Source: Bacillota bacterium (GTDB taxonomy: Bacteria; Bacillota; Sulfobacillia; Fermentithermobacillales; Fermentithermobacillaceae). Taken from it: a stretch of DNA of 64,000 nucleotides. The notes beneath the pieces are model-generated. The model was not told the origin of the DNA. It made no database searches and saw only the letters and a program-made list of their open reading frames with translations. Each line of letters begins with the position of its first letter. Within the stretch, counting starts at the first letter, position 1. A program made the translations under genes and the position numbers. The DNA lies in contig JAPXKJ010000003.1 of NCBI GenBank assembly GCA_033810155.1, positions 24,639-88,638 on the forward strand, written 5' to 3'. Of this stretch, positions 1 through 8,905 are shown piece after piece.

Positions 1-489
1 TACCTGACGCTTGAAGGTCACAACATCGCCTACCTTGACTAGCTGTCTAACCTCGTTTTCGGGAATACCCACGTCGATGAACAGATCTTCCATCTTATGG
101 GCTTTCCTTGCTTCCTCTCTGGGCGTCAAGTGAGGAGGCTTTACCCCGATGACGCCGGTCAAAGGCTTCTTTCCATACACAACAACCTCATGCCCTGGGA
201 GTATCCGAGGGTCTACTCCTCCTACCTGTGAGAATCTAAGGAACCCGCCTTCTTCAATCTTGGTGATGATAAGCCCAATCTCGTCCATATGCCCGGCTAG
301 CATGATCTTGGGTCTTGGTTCGGAACCTTCTCCATACCTCACCCCAATAACATTGCCAAGGGCATCTCCGCGAATTTCGTCAACCAGTCCCGACATTGCG
401 TCCTTGACAAGGTCTGCAATGTTCGCAACCTCGAAACCGCTCACCCCATGGGCCATGGATGCTTCTTTAAGGAATTGCTTCACATCCAC
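1..489 (-). CDS. M42 family glutamyl aminopeptidase / endoglucanase-like peptidase; 5' part only, the gene runs off the window start
   Basis: Reverse-strand translation from GTG at 489 (AGGAGG 11 nt upstream) reads VDVKQFLKEASMAHGVSGFE...IMLAGHMDEIGLIITKIEEGG with no stops to position 1. This is a typical M42/FrvX N-terminus. It is absent from the ORF track because it is incomplete; the plus-strand ORF 149..508 is its shadow. Confidence 0.75.
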   Translation of the reverse strand, partial: MDVKQFLKEASMAHGVSGFEVANIADLVKDAMSGLVDEIRGDALGNVIGVRYGEGSEPRPKIMLAGHMDEIGLIITKIEEGGFLRFSQVGGVDPRILPGHEVVVYGKKPLTGVIGVKPPHLTPREEARKAHKMEDLFIDVGIPENEVRQLVKVGDVVTFKRQV

Positions 490-590
490 TTTGTTCTCAA
501 CCTCCTAAAAACACTTTGCCTTCTGAGACATCACATAGTTTCCCCTACCCGTGAGTCTTCTCCAATAATAGGAACCATTCCTCCTTTTCT

Positions 591-1949
591 TTACCCTAAA
601 ACCACTGGGCGTCCAGTTATCATTTCAATCTCCTTGTACCTCACACCTTCTAGGTCTCTCCCCCATGGATCGAACGCGCGTTTAGGCAAAGTGATGACAT
701 CTGGCACAAAACCTGACGAAGCAACATCTTCATAAACAGAAAGAAAATCCCGCACCGTAAGCAAACCTGCCGCTTGGATATTTCCCCCAAAGAAAAGAGA
801 AGGAACTGCCTCCACCCTTGCAGACAATCCTCGCTTCACGAGGGCACTTTCTATGAGCGGTTTTGCCAGTCTTGATGTAAGGATTAGCGCTTTTCTTCGC
901 CGTACTCTAGCCTTGCGTTCCCATTCGAACCAATCCTCGGGGGCGAGGTCGTCATACATTATCAGACCGGGGGGAACATACTTTTCTTTGTAAAGGACAG
1001 TGTCATAAAACACTCCATCTCTTTCATATGTTAGCTTAGGATTCTCGAGTTCCCTCAAAGTCGTAAACGCATGAGTCCGGGAGAATACTTCATCGCCGCG
1101 CACCATGGTGATCACATCTTGGGATCTCAGGCCCGCTTTTCTCGCCGGAGACCTTGGAAGAACATCCATGACCTCGGGCACTAAGTCTTTGAGTCGTGGA
1201 GGCTCAAAGAGAACGGGAGTCTTCATTTTCCGGGTTAATTCGATGCTAAGAGCAAAAAGATCATCCCATAAGGTCGCAGAAACCTTTGAACTCAGCGGAT
1301 GGAATTTTGAAAAACCTGGTGCCAGCAATCTTATCGTCGTAGCGCCTGATTCCTTGAGAAACACAGCTGTTTCAGTAATGTCCTGCCAACCGGTTAGGAA
1401 AGGCAAAGCAACAATGCTACCCTCGAACGGGATCTTGGATCCTAATAGCGCCACATTCCTAAGAGTCTTTTCAGGCTCTATATCCCCCATTACCTCTTTT
1501 CTATATCCTACAGTATTAAGTGATACAACAAATTCAACGTTCCCTATTTCTGAGATCTCTTCGATCAGATCCTCTGTTAGCAAGGTAGCATTGGTAGTCA
1601 CGCTGATAGTGCGATATGGATAAGCCCTGCGCACTACCTTTATGATTTCGAGAAACTCAGGATGGGTTAGGGGTTCTCCTTCGTTAATCCTTGTCACAGA
1701 CTCGCCAATGACTATAGGCCCTCTAGTACTACCTAGCCAAAGGATTGTCTCCTCTATCTCCCTCAAAGACCGAGGAGGGATGCTTAAGACCTCGCACCCT
1801 TTCGGATTATATTTATTGGAACAAAAAACACAGTTCATATTGCACACCGATGTGATAGGCAGTATTCCCTCTTTCTCTGCGTGATACAAAAGCGCATCTA
1901 TGGATGGTGTAGGCGTAGGTGTAAGAATCATCAGTTGCTTTCCCTCCAT
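591..1949 (-). CDS. radical SAM protein with a DUF512-type C-terminal domain
   Basis: CNMNCVFC is a CxxxCxxC 4Fe-4S/SAM motif near the N-terminus of a 452-aa protein. The start overlaps the tsaD stop by 19 nt. Confidence 0.7.
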   Translation of the reverse strand: MEGKQLMILTPTPTPSIDALLYHAEKEGILPITSVCNMNCVFCSNKYNPKGCEVLSIPPRSLREIEETILWLGSTRGPIVIGESVTRINEGEPLTHPEFLEIIKVVRRAYPYRTISVTTNATLLTEDLIEEISEIGNVEFVVSLNTVGYRKEVMGDIEPEKTLRNVALLGSKIPFEGSIVALPFLTGWQDITETAVFLKESGATTIRLLAPGFSKFHPLSSKVSATLWDDLFALSIELTRKMKTPVLFEPPRLKDLVPEVMDVLPRSPARKAGLRSQDVITMVRGDEVFSRTHAFTTLRELENPKLTYERDGVFYDTVLYKEKYVPPGLIMYDDLAPEDWFEWERKARVRRRKALILTSRLAKPLIESALVKRGLSARVEAVPSLFFGGNIQAAGLLTVRDFLSVYEDVASSGFVPDVITLPKRAFDPWGRDLEGVRYKEIEMITGRPVVLG

Positions 1950-2965
1950 GACTCCAATTCAAGCCCTGCGGAAGGGCTCAGGTACAGCCAATCTGCGATG
2001 TCACTGCCAGTGCAATGATACTTGAAGAAACCTGCAGCAGATATCATAGCCCCATTGTCTGTGCACAGTTCTATCGGCGGGATGTAGAGAGGAACCCCAA
2101 GCCTGTCGCATAGAAGATTAGCTTCTTTTCTCAACAACCTATTGGCTGCGACTCCACCTGAGATTGCAAAACTGTTTGCCCTCATATCTTTCATAATCTC
2201 ATCCACAGGATGAAGCAACTGCTCTACAACTGCTTTCCTGAAACTCGCGCATAGGTCTGGAATGACCTCTTCGCCTCTCCCTCTCGCCTCAAACTCCAAA
2301 ATAGCACGAGTCTTGATGCCGGAGAAACTATATGCGTGCTTCACTCCTTGGATTTTTGGCAGAGGAAAGAATATGCTTTCTGGATCTCCCATTTCGGCGA
2401 CTTCGTCCAAATGAGGCCCCCCAGGAAATGGCAATCCCAATTCTCGAGCGACTTTATCAAAAACTTCTCCTGCTGCGTCATCCAAGGTCTGCGAGATGAT
2501 ATCAAATTGTCCATGGTCTTTCATCAAGATAAGTTCTGAGTGACCACCTGAAACCACAAGGTTTAAAACTGGAAATGCGGGTTGATCTCCTCGCAGAAAA
2601 TTGGCATAGATGTGCCCTACCAGATGATGCACAGGCACAAGAGGAACGCCAAGCGTATAGGCTAAGGACTTTGCAAAGGATGTCCCCACCAGAAGTGCCC
2701 CTATTAGGCCAGGGCCGTGAGTTACTGACACCGCGTTAATATCCGAAAGTTCTATTCCCGCTTCGGCAAGGCACCGTTCCGTAACCGGTACCATCATCTC
2801 GATGTGGCGCCTTGAAGCTATTTCGGGAACAACGCCTCCGTATTTTGAATGAATATCTGTTTGCGAAGAAACCACGTTAGATAGTATCTTCGTTCCATTT
2901 TCGACCACGGCGCATGAAGTATCGTCGCAGGATGTGTCGATCCCAAGGATAAGCATTTCTATCAC
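1931..2965 (-). CDS. tsaD: tRNA N6-adenosine threonylcarbamoyltransferase TsaD (Kae1/Gcp)
   Basis: Full-length 344-aa ASKHA-fold protein with GIDTSCDDTS...HGPGLIG and HxxGH metal-site motifs. Confidence 0.9.
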   Translation of the reverse strand: MIEMLILGIDTSCDDTSCAVVENGTKILSNVVSSQTDIHSKYGGVVPEIASRRHIEMMVPVTERCLAEAGIELSDINAVSVTHGPGLIGALLVGTSFAKSLAYTLGVPLVPVHHLVGHIYANFLRGDQPAFPVLNLVVSGGHSELILMKDHGQFDIISQTLDDAAGEVFDKVARELGLPFPGGPHLDEVAEMGDPESIFFPLPKIQGVKHAYSFSGIKTRAILEFEARGRGEEVIPDLCASFRKAVVEQLLHPVDEIMKDMRANSFAISGGVAANRLLRKEANLLCDRLGVPLYIPPIELCTDNGAMISAAGFFKYHCTGSDIADWLYLSPSAGLELESWRESN

Positions 2966-3130
2966 CTCTTAGAAGTCTACAACAATTATACTGTGATCTG
3001 CAGGCTTTACCAGAACTTCGTCATGGCGCTAGGCTTATCTGGTATTGAAAGCTTGCGCTTGTATTGATAATCTTTTCTATGATCCCGAGATTGCAGCGCT
3101 AAATAGGTCGCATAAGGTGGGATACTAAAA

Positions 3131-4054
3131 ATGCATTTTGCAGATAGACTCCAGGACAGGATCGACAAAGTAGACTCCAGGATTGTAATCGGTATTGATC
3201 CTGATCCCAAACGCGTTTTTTCCCCCCAGTCAAGGCTCGAACAAGCCTTTGGGAATAAGTCTTCAGAATACGTTTTGGAGGCTTTCTGCCGCACCATAGT
3301 GGATGTAGCCAAAGACTACGCATGCGCCATAAAACCTCAGGCCGCCTTTTTCGAGTGTATGGGCATCATGGGTCTTACAGTTCTTTCACGAGTGATCGCT
3401 TATGCCCGTTCGTTTGACATACCAGTTATTCTTGACGCCAAAAGAGGCGATATTGGCAATACAGCCTCCGCTTACAGCGCTGCATATCTAGAGTCCGGAT
3501 CTGATTTCTTCGCGGATGCTCTGACCGTTAATCCTTTTCTTGGCCCCGACACGCTTGCCCCATTTGTCGAGACCGCAGACAAGAACAACTGCGGTTTGTT
3601 TGTGCTCGTAAAGACATCCAACCCGGGATCTTCGGCATTTCAAGACCTCAGTGTCTTAGATGCAGGCACCAGACAGGTTGCCACAGTATCTGAGATAATC
3701 GGTGCCGAAATCGCCAGCCTTGGAGACAAAAACCTAGGTACCTGCGGATTATCCAACATTGGAGCGGTAGTTGGCGCTACGCACCCCCAAAGTATGGTTC
3801 GTTTAAGACAGATCATGCCCCGAACAATCTTCCTTCTTCCTGGCTATGGAGCGCAAGGTGGCACAGCCGCAGATGTAAGACCAGCCTTTACTTCTGACGG
3901 GAAAGGTGCAATTGTGTCTTCATCACGGCAAATCATATTTGCCTACGAGAAACTGGAAAACTCACATCCCACGGCGGAACAAGTGACCCGCGCAATCGAG
4001 GACGCTGCTTTGAAAGCACGCGACGATATAAACTCGGTGATTTCGCTGATCTAG
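3131..4054 (+). CDS. pyrF: orotidine 5'-phosphate decarboxylase (long type 2)
   Basis: 307 aa with an IVIGIDPDP...DAKRGDIGNT core. Divergent from tsaD. Confidence 0.8.
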   Translation: MHFADRLQDRIDKVDSRIVIGIDPDPKRVFSPQSRLEQAFGNKSSEYVLEAFCRTIVDVAKDYACAIKPQAAFFECMGIMGLTVLSRVIAYARSFDIPVILDAKRGDIGNTASAYSAAYLESGSDFFADALTVNPFLGPDTLAPFVETADKNNCGLFVLVKTSNPGSSAFQDLSVLDAGTRQVATVSEIIGAEIASLGDKNLGTCGLSNIGAVVGATHPQSMVRLRQIMPRTIFLLPGYGAQGGTAADVRPAFTSDGKGAIVSSSRQIIFAYEKLENSHPTAEQVTRAIEDAALKARDDINSVISLI

Positions 4055-4067
4055 CCCTGTTTGCACT

Positions 4068-4568
4068 TTACACCATCCACTTTAACTGCTCTAACTGAGA
4101 GATTGACGGTCCAAGATCGTCCTTCCACATTATAAGGGCATCTTCATTGGTGTCAGTATAGTATCCTTTCCTGATTCCTCGTTCTACGAAACCCAGCTTT
4201 CTATATAGGTTTTGCGCCTGATGGTTAGAGACTCTAACTTCCAAAGTCATTTTAGAAGCACCAAGTTCTCTGGCTTTTTCAAACGCAAATCTTAGCATCT
4301 TTTCTCCTATTCCTTGGCGTCTCATCTTAGGGCTCACAGCTATGTTAGTTATGTGGGCTTCGTCTAATATAATCCACATGCCAAAGTACCCTACGATCTG
4401 GTCTTCGTACTCAGCTACGAAGTAATGGGCGTAGACGTTATCCCGAAGTTCTGATTCAAACGCTCTCCTGGACCATGGCGTCGGGTATGATTGACTCTCT
4501 ATGGCAAGAACCCCATCAAGGTCTTGAAGAGTCATCTCTCTTATTGCAACATTCAAAGAATCATTCAT
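4068..4568 (-). CDS. rimI: ribosomal-protein-alanine N-acetyltransferase (GNAT)
   Basis: 166-aa GNAT with a RRQGIGEKML acetyl-CoA motif, sitting between tsaB and tsaE, the conserved rimI position. Confidence 0.8.
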   Translation of the reverse strand: MNDSLNVAIREMTLQDLDGVLAIESQSYPTPWSRRAFESELRDNVYAHYFVAEYEDQIVGYFGMWIILDEAHITNIAVSPKMRRQGIGEKMLRFAFEKARELGASKMTLEVRVSNHQAQNLYRKLGFVERGIRKGYYTDTNEDALIMWKDDLGPSISQLEQLKWMV

Positions 4569-5350
4569 AACATTTCACCTTCGTCTATTCGTTCTGAAAA
4601 CAAAACTTCGGCTTGAGACCGCCTGTAATACTCTGGAGTAGCAAGTGAAGGATGAATTTCCAGACCTTGCTCAAACATCTCTCGCCCGATCAGCCCAACT
4701 ATTGCAGGCTTTGGCAATAACAGGTGTTCATCGACAGGACGTATGTCATAAGGTAACAGCCCTGAGGCCGAGATGGTGAAATCATGAGCCGCATCTCCCG
4801 TAATCCAAATAGGGCCATCGATTAACTCTTTGCTCAATTCTACACAAAACTCAGCATAGGTCCTCGGCCCAATCCTTATCTTTTCTTCATACACGCAATT
4901 AGACGGAAATGCGTGGTTATTTTCAAAAGGCACTTTTCTGCGTTCGAAGTAAGCGCACACCGTCTGACCTCTGGCTTTCCCTTGAACAATTGCTATCTTG
5001 TCATATGCCTTGCACTGTCTCAAGTACACTTCGAAAGTTGGCACCTTAACTACGCCCTTCCCAAGAGCCAGAGACATTCCTTGGACGCTCGCACAACCTA
5101 TTCTCAACCCAGTAAACGAACCAGGCCCATGTGATACCGCAAAACAGTCTATATCCTCCATGCTCAAATCGGCCATATTTAGGGCCTCTACAGATAGAGG
5201 CAGAAGCATAGCAGAATGTACTCTTGGTCTGGACGTAGTAACCTCAGAGAGCACGCCTTTTGAGTTAACCACAGATACCCCGAGCAAATCTGTGCTTGTT
5301 TCTACAGCAAGTATTGCGTTATTCATCCTCTTTGTTTCCTCTTTCAACAA
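4565..5350 (-). CDS. tsaB: tRNA threonylcarbamoyladenosine biosynthesis protein TsaB (YeaZ)
   Basis: Inactive Kae1 paralog with LAVETSTDLLGVSV...SHGPGSFTGLRIG. The start is uncertain (5350 or Met9 at 5326). Confidence 0.8.
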   Translation of the reverse strand: MLKEETKRMNNAILAVETSTDLLGVSVVNSKGVLSEVTTSRPRVHSAMLLPLSVEALNMADLSMEDIDCFAVSHGPGSFTGLRIGCASVQGMSLALGKGVVKVPTFEVYLRQCKAYDKIAIVQGKARGQTVCAYFERRKVPFENNHAFPSNCVYEEKIRIGPRTYAEFCVELSKELIDGPIWITGDAAHDFTISASGLLPYDIRPVDEHLLLPKPAIVGLIGREMFEQGLEIHPSLATPEYYRRSQAEVLFSERIDEGEML

Positions 5351-5846
5351 ATTCTTCTATTATCCGAGCCCATGACTCGTCTTCTGTAGCAATGTCAATG
5401 GTCCGATCATCCGTTATTAGAACAGACCCTTCGCTAAAGTGCCTGTCAGAGAAGCGTATACGAATTCTGAGGGTGACCTTTTCTAGTTCGCTGCTCAACC
5501 GGTCGGCCCATTCGATCACTACTACCGCCTCTGGGTCCAAATCCAAGAGAAGTCCCGATTCTTCGATCTCTTTCTCGTCCAAGCGATAGAAGTCAAAGTG
5601 ATGAAGATGGCATCTACCCTCATAGATCTTCTCCAATACGAAACTAGGGCTGTTCACAGGTTTACTAATGCCCAATCCTTGTGCAATTCCTTGGACCATA
5701 GTAGTCTTGCCAGCGCCTAACGGCCCCTCTAACAGGACTACCTCTCCACCTCTAAGGTGTTTTCCTATTAATTTCCCTAGTTCTCTAGTTTCTTCAGACG
5801 ATCGTGTTTTTACACTAAAGGATCTCTCGCTCAATAATCTCACCAT
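5319..5846 (-). CDS. tsaE: tRNA threonylcarbamoyladenosine biosynthesis ATPase TsaE (YjeE)
   Basis: Walker A GPLGAGKTT in a 175-aa protein, first gene of the tsaE-tsaB-rimI run. Confidence 0.85.
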   Translation of the reverse strand: MVRLLSERSFSVKTRSSEETRELGKLIGKHLRGGEVVLLEGPLGAGKTTMVQGIAQGLGISKPVNSPSFVLEKIYEGRCHLHHFDFYRLDEKEIEESGLLLDLDPEAVVVIEWADRLSSELEKVTLRIRIRFSDRHFSEGSVLITDDRTIDIATEDESWARIIEEFVERGNKEDE

Positions 5847-5865
5847 TTGTGTATTATAGTGCCTC

Positions 5866-6558
5866 TTAAGTACGTTGGTTGGCTAGTTCATCATATTTCA
5901 TTTTGAGACTCTTCATATCATCCAGCATAAGAGGTTTCTTGCCAGCCTCATCCCGCAAAACTGCCGCAGGATGAAATGTAACCAAATACATGATTCCATC
6001 TCTTTCAAACCACTTACCTCTATCTCTCGTAACTCTCAAACCCGGGTCTATGAGAGTTTGACAAGAAAGAGCCCCGAGAAGAACAATTATCCAAGGTTTA
6101 ATCAGGCGAATCTGGGCTGTGAGATTAGGAAGACACGCTTTGACTTCCTCATCAGTCGGCATCCTGTTTCCCGGCGGACGGCACTTGACTATATTCGTTA
6201 TGAAAACATCGCTTCTAGAGAACCCATAACCTTCCAGCATGGAGTCTAGAAGCTGCCCTGCCCGCCCGACAAAAGGCTTCCCTGTGTCGTCCTCTGTTTT
6301 CCCCGGTGCTTCTCCTATGAGCATTATACGTGCTTGGCGGTTGCCTTCACCAAACACCACACCTTTTGCTCCTTGTCTAAGCTGGCACTTTGTACACTGA
6401 AGTACGCGCTCTCTCAAAGCCCCCAAGTCGCCTATATTCGTAGGTTCCTTAGCAGGGGTTGGTTCAACTGCCGAAACTCGTTCCTCTAAGTCGCTGCTTT
6501 CAATCTTATCGGGATAGTCGAAAAGAGGACGTTGAAGCCACTCACTCTTTGTCGTCAA
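5866..6558 (-). CDS. uracil-DNA glycosylase, family 4 (Fe-S type)
   Basis: CTKCQL...GEAPG...HPAAVLR motifs typical of UdgA/family-4 UDG. Confidence 0.8.
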   Translation of the reverse strand: MTTKSEWLQRPLFDYPDKIESSDLEERVSAVEPTPAKEPTNIGDLGALRERVLQCTKCQLRQGAKGVVFGEGNRQARIMLIGEAPGKTEDDTGKPFVGRAGQLLDSMLEGYGFSRSDVFITNIVKCRPPGNRMPTDEEVKACLPNLTAQIRLIKPWIIVLLGALSCQTLIDPGLRVTRDRGKWFERDGIMYLVTFHPAAVLRDEAGKKPLMLDDMKSLKMKYDELANQRT

Positions 6559-7492
6559 CGCGATCCCCTTCTTCTCTATGACTCTGGCTTTCCAGGCTCC
6601 TTATTCTCTCTTCTATGATTTCAGGATATCTTCTGACCAGTTCTAAGTTATCACTTAGGTGCTTTAAATATAGTTCCCCGAATTCAGGACTAATATCTTG
6701 GAGTTTCTCATACATAGCCTTTCCGATTTGTACAGCTGATTCGCAGTCTGGCTGGCAAGGGAAGAAATCCTTTGTAAAGTAAGCAAATTTGTTCACTTCT
6801 TCGGGGCTCTCAGCATGTATTATCTGGTTGGCAGCCCTTACTTCGGGACTCAGAACTGCAGAACCTCTATCGAAGATATACCTATCTATGCAACAGGCAG
6901 GAAAGCTAAGTATGTCTCCGATCTTTCTCAAAAATGCAGGGTTGCTTTCTTCAGGGAACGCTCGCAGTGACACGGGCGCGGAGATATTTGGGTATCGCCA
7001 CGCTTCCCACCTTATATCTTTGCGCATGTCCTGCAACTCTTCCAATTCAACCGATACTGAATCATCCTTAAAAATATACACTTCTCGTATAGTCGGCCGA
7101 GATTCTAATATCCTTTTCTGAAGTCCCAGTCTATCGATCCAGTCCATATACAGGTTGTAGGAAACGGAACTCTCAACTACCTCTGTATAGAGTTCTCTCA
7201 AAAGTTCGGTCTTCATTCGAGCTTCTTTCACTTTGTCATCTCGTCCAAGTCTTCCTGCTTTCTTTTTAACGTAGTTGCTAAAAGACTCCCCGAGACTCTT
7301 CTTGCCTTCTATTTTGTTGCGAAATCGACTATCTATGGTAGCACCAAGAATGGCCGCATCTGGTAATTCAGCAGGTACTATGATCTGTGCAGCCTTACGC
7401 ACATCTAAGACAACGGGCAAGAAGTCGTCAAACTTGCATCCAAGAGGTATTGCAGATTCCTCCATAAACTCCTGCACAATTTGGTATTCCAT
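6542..7492 (-). CDS. conserved hypothetical protein with a Cys-rich motif
   Basis: 316-aa ORF containing PACCIDRY...FFPCQPDC, a possible metal site. No family was recognised by eye. Its stop overlaps the UDG start by 17 nt. Confidence 0.5.
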   Translation of the reverse strand: MEYQIVQEFMEESAIPLGCKFDDFLPVVLDVRKAAQIIVPAELPDAAILGATIDSRFRNKIEGKKSLGESFSNYVKKKAGRLGRDDKVKEARMKTELLRELYTEVVESSVSYNLYMDWIDRLGLQKRILESRPTIREVYIFKDDSVSVELEELQDMRKDIRWEAWRYPNISAPVSLRAFPEESNPAFLRKIGDILSFPACCIDRYIFDRGSAVLSPEVRAANQIIHAESPEEVNKFAYFTKDFFPCQPDCESAVQIGKAMYEKLQDISPEFGELYLKHLSDNLELVRRYPEIIEERIRSLESQSHREEGDRVDDKE

Positions 7493-7661
7493 TTCTCCGA
7501 CAGGCGCTAGTCACACTCACCTGCCCTTTGATCCTCCTTCCGATTGGATCTAGGCCTTCTGCGCGCTCTCATCATATATTATACAGTCATCGCCACTCAA
7601 AATGGTTCTGCGCTTTTGTGCTGTAACCCTCTAAGTCGCCGAGCAAAAAGAAACAAGTATC

Positions 7662-7706
7662 TCACAATTTGAAAGGGACGATAGAGCCCTTTTTGCTCTG
7701 CCGTCC
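7662..7706 (-). terminator. putative rho-independent terminator after the 7764..8888 gene
   Basis: Minus-strand RNA has the hairpin GGGACGGCAGAGC-AAAAAGG-GCTCTATCGTCCC followed by UUUCAAAUU, about 55 nt past the stop at 7764. Confidence 0.45.
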
Positions 7707-7763
7707 CTTAGTTTATCAGCGCATTACTGTTCGCTTCTATCTTCTACATCCGCCAGAATAGCC

Positions 7764-8888
7764 TTAAGCTTCGATTATCTCAACGTTCGCCCTTGGAACA
7801 GTTACTATGGTTCCATCCTCCAGCTTAGCTTTGAGAATTCTGACTTTAGACTCAGACTCAATAACCTGAAGCTCAGGTGGCAATTCGACAACCTCAGCCA
7901 ACAGACCAAAGTAAGGCTCTCTAATAATCCTTATGGCCGTTCCGACAACCAACCCTTGAGCCAAATCCTCCTCAGCGGCCCCTGAGGAGCTTGTCTGATA
8001 TCCTGGGACTATTATCTCAGGTCGCATGACCCCCGCCCTAATCTGTGTAGCGCCATTGATGCAGGCCTTGAGGCCGCTGATTTTTTGGAGAAGAGAAAAA
8101 GTCCTATCTGCCATCCTCATTTGTCCGAAACCTTCGGTGATAATGACAGTAACAGGAACATCCTCGTGACCTGTAATGGCGACTCCAATATCGAATCCCA
8201 GATACTCAATTAAGTCATGGTCTACGATACCACCTACCACAATACCTCGAGCCCCTACCTCGCCCGCCTTTTTGATTGCATCTGCTGTCACGAGCGAGCC
8301 ACCGACCAACACTTTATCTGCATCGTCGCTTTTTATGTGGGAAGCTTCAAGTACATCGCTAGGAGACTCGACTGCCACCCGTACGACCCCATTCGTCTCG
8401 CCGCCTACACCGAAAATTCCCTGTATAAAGGCGCCTTCTGTGACAACAACTACGCCCTCTTTTGGCAACACTTCCTCGACCACGCCTTCGATATAGGCAT
8501 CGACCTCAACGGGAATCGGAGGTTCTCTGAGCGTTACCTGCCCGGTAACCTTCGAGATCATCTCTATTGTGCCCTCTACCGGCGACCTTGCCTCACGCTT
8601 GAAAAGGCCAAAGAAAGAACTATACTGGGCCAGGATCTCTCCTTGGTGAACGTAGTCGCCCTCTTTTTTTTGCATGTATTCCACAACGTCTTCAGCTTCT
8701 ACACCTAGAATATTGGCGATATTAACAGTCTGCGGATTGCCCGGGATACTGGTTCTCGCTACAACTGTGCTAGGCGAAACTTTCTGCCCCTTTTCAACCA
8801 AAACTTCGCCGAGGATAGGAAGGCGCCGGGTCTTTCTAATAACCGCCTTTTCCGTAACTTTTAGCCCTGGTGTATATGCGTGTGCCAT
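7764..8888 (-). CDS. uncharacterised partner protein of the ASKHA ATPase, copy 1; paralog of 11420..12778
   Basis: 374 aa. Its paralog shares the motifs GEVLVE (N-terminal, barrel-sandwich-like), GGS..T.DA..KA.EVGA.G.V.G, ITG.EDVP.TVI.TEGFG, NGATQIRAG and PRANVE. It starts 17 nt after the ATPase stop. Confidence 0.65.
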   Translation of the reverse strand: MAHAYTPGLKVTEKAVIRKTRRLPILGEVLVEKGQKVSPSTVVARTSIPGNPQTVNIANILGVEAEDVVEYMQKKEGDYVHQGEILAQYSSFFGLFKREARSPVEGTIEMISKVTGQVTLREPPIPVEVDAYIEGVVEEVLPKEGVVVVTEGAFIQGIFGVGGETNGVVRVAVESPSDVLEASHIKSDDADKVLVGGSLVTADAIKKAGEVGARGIVVGGIVDHDLIEYLGFDIGVAITGHEDVPVTVIITEGFGQMRMADRTFSLLQKISGLKACINGATQIRAGVMRPEIIVPGYQTSSSGAAEEDLAQGLVVGTAIRIIREPYFGLLAEVVELPPELQVIESESKVRILKAKLEDGTIVTVPRANVEIIEA

Positions 8889-8905
8889 TTACTCCTTCCT
8901 CCCCT

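Noticed and set aside
149-508. Plus-strand 119-aa ORF at the window start
   Set aside because: Proline/serine-rich, with no RBS. It lies entirely antisense to a well-supported M42 peptidase reading frame on the minus strand, so it is a shadow ORF.
1105-1623. Antisense ORFs inside long genes. Examples are 1105..1623, 8217..8708, 10422..10805, 12606..12947, 37010..37396, 40487..40984 and 56809..57321.
   Set aside because: Low-complexity Ser/Pro/Arg-rich translations, fully contained within strongly supported genes on the opposite strand. No RBS or conserved motifs.
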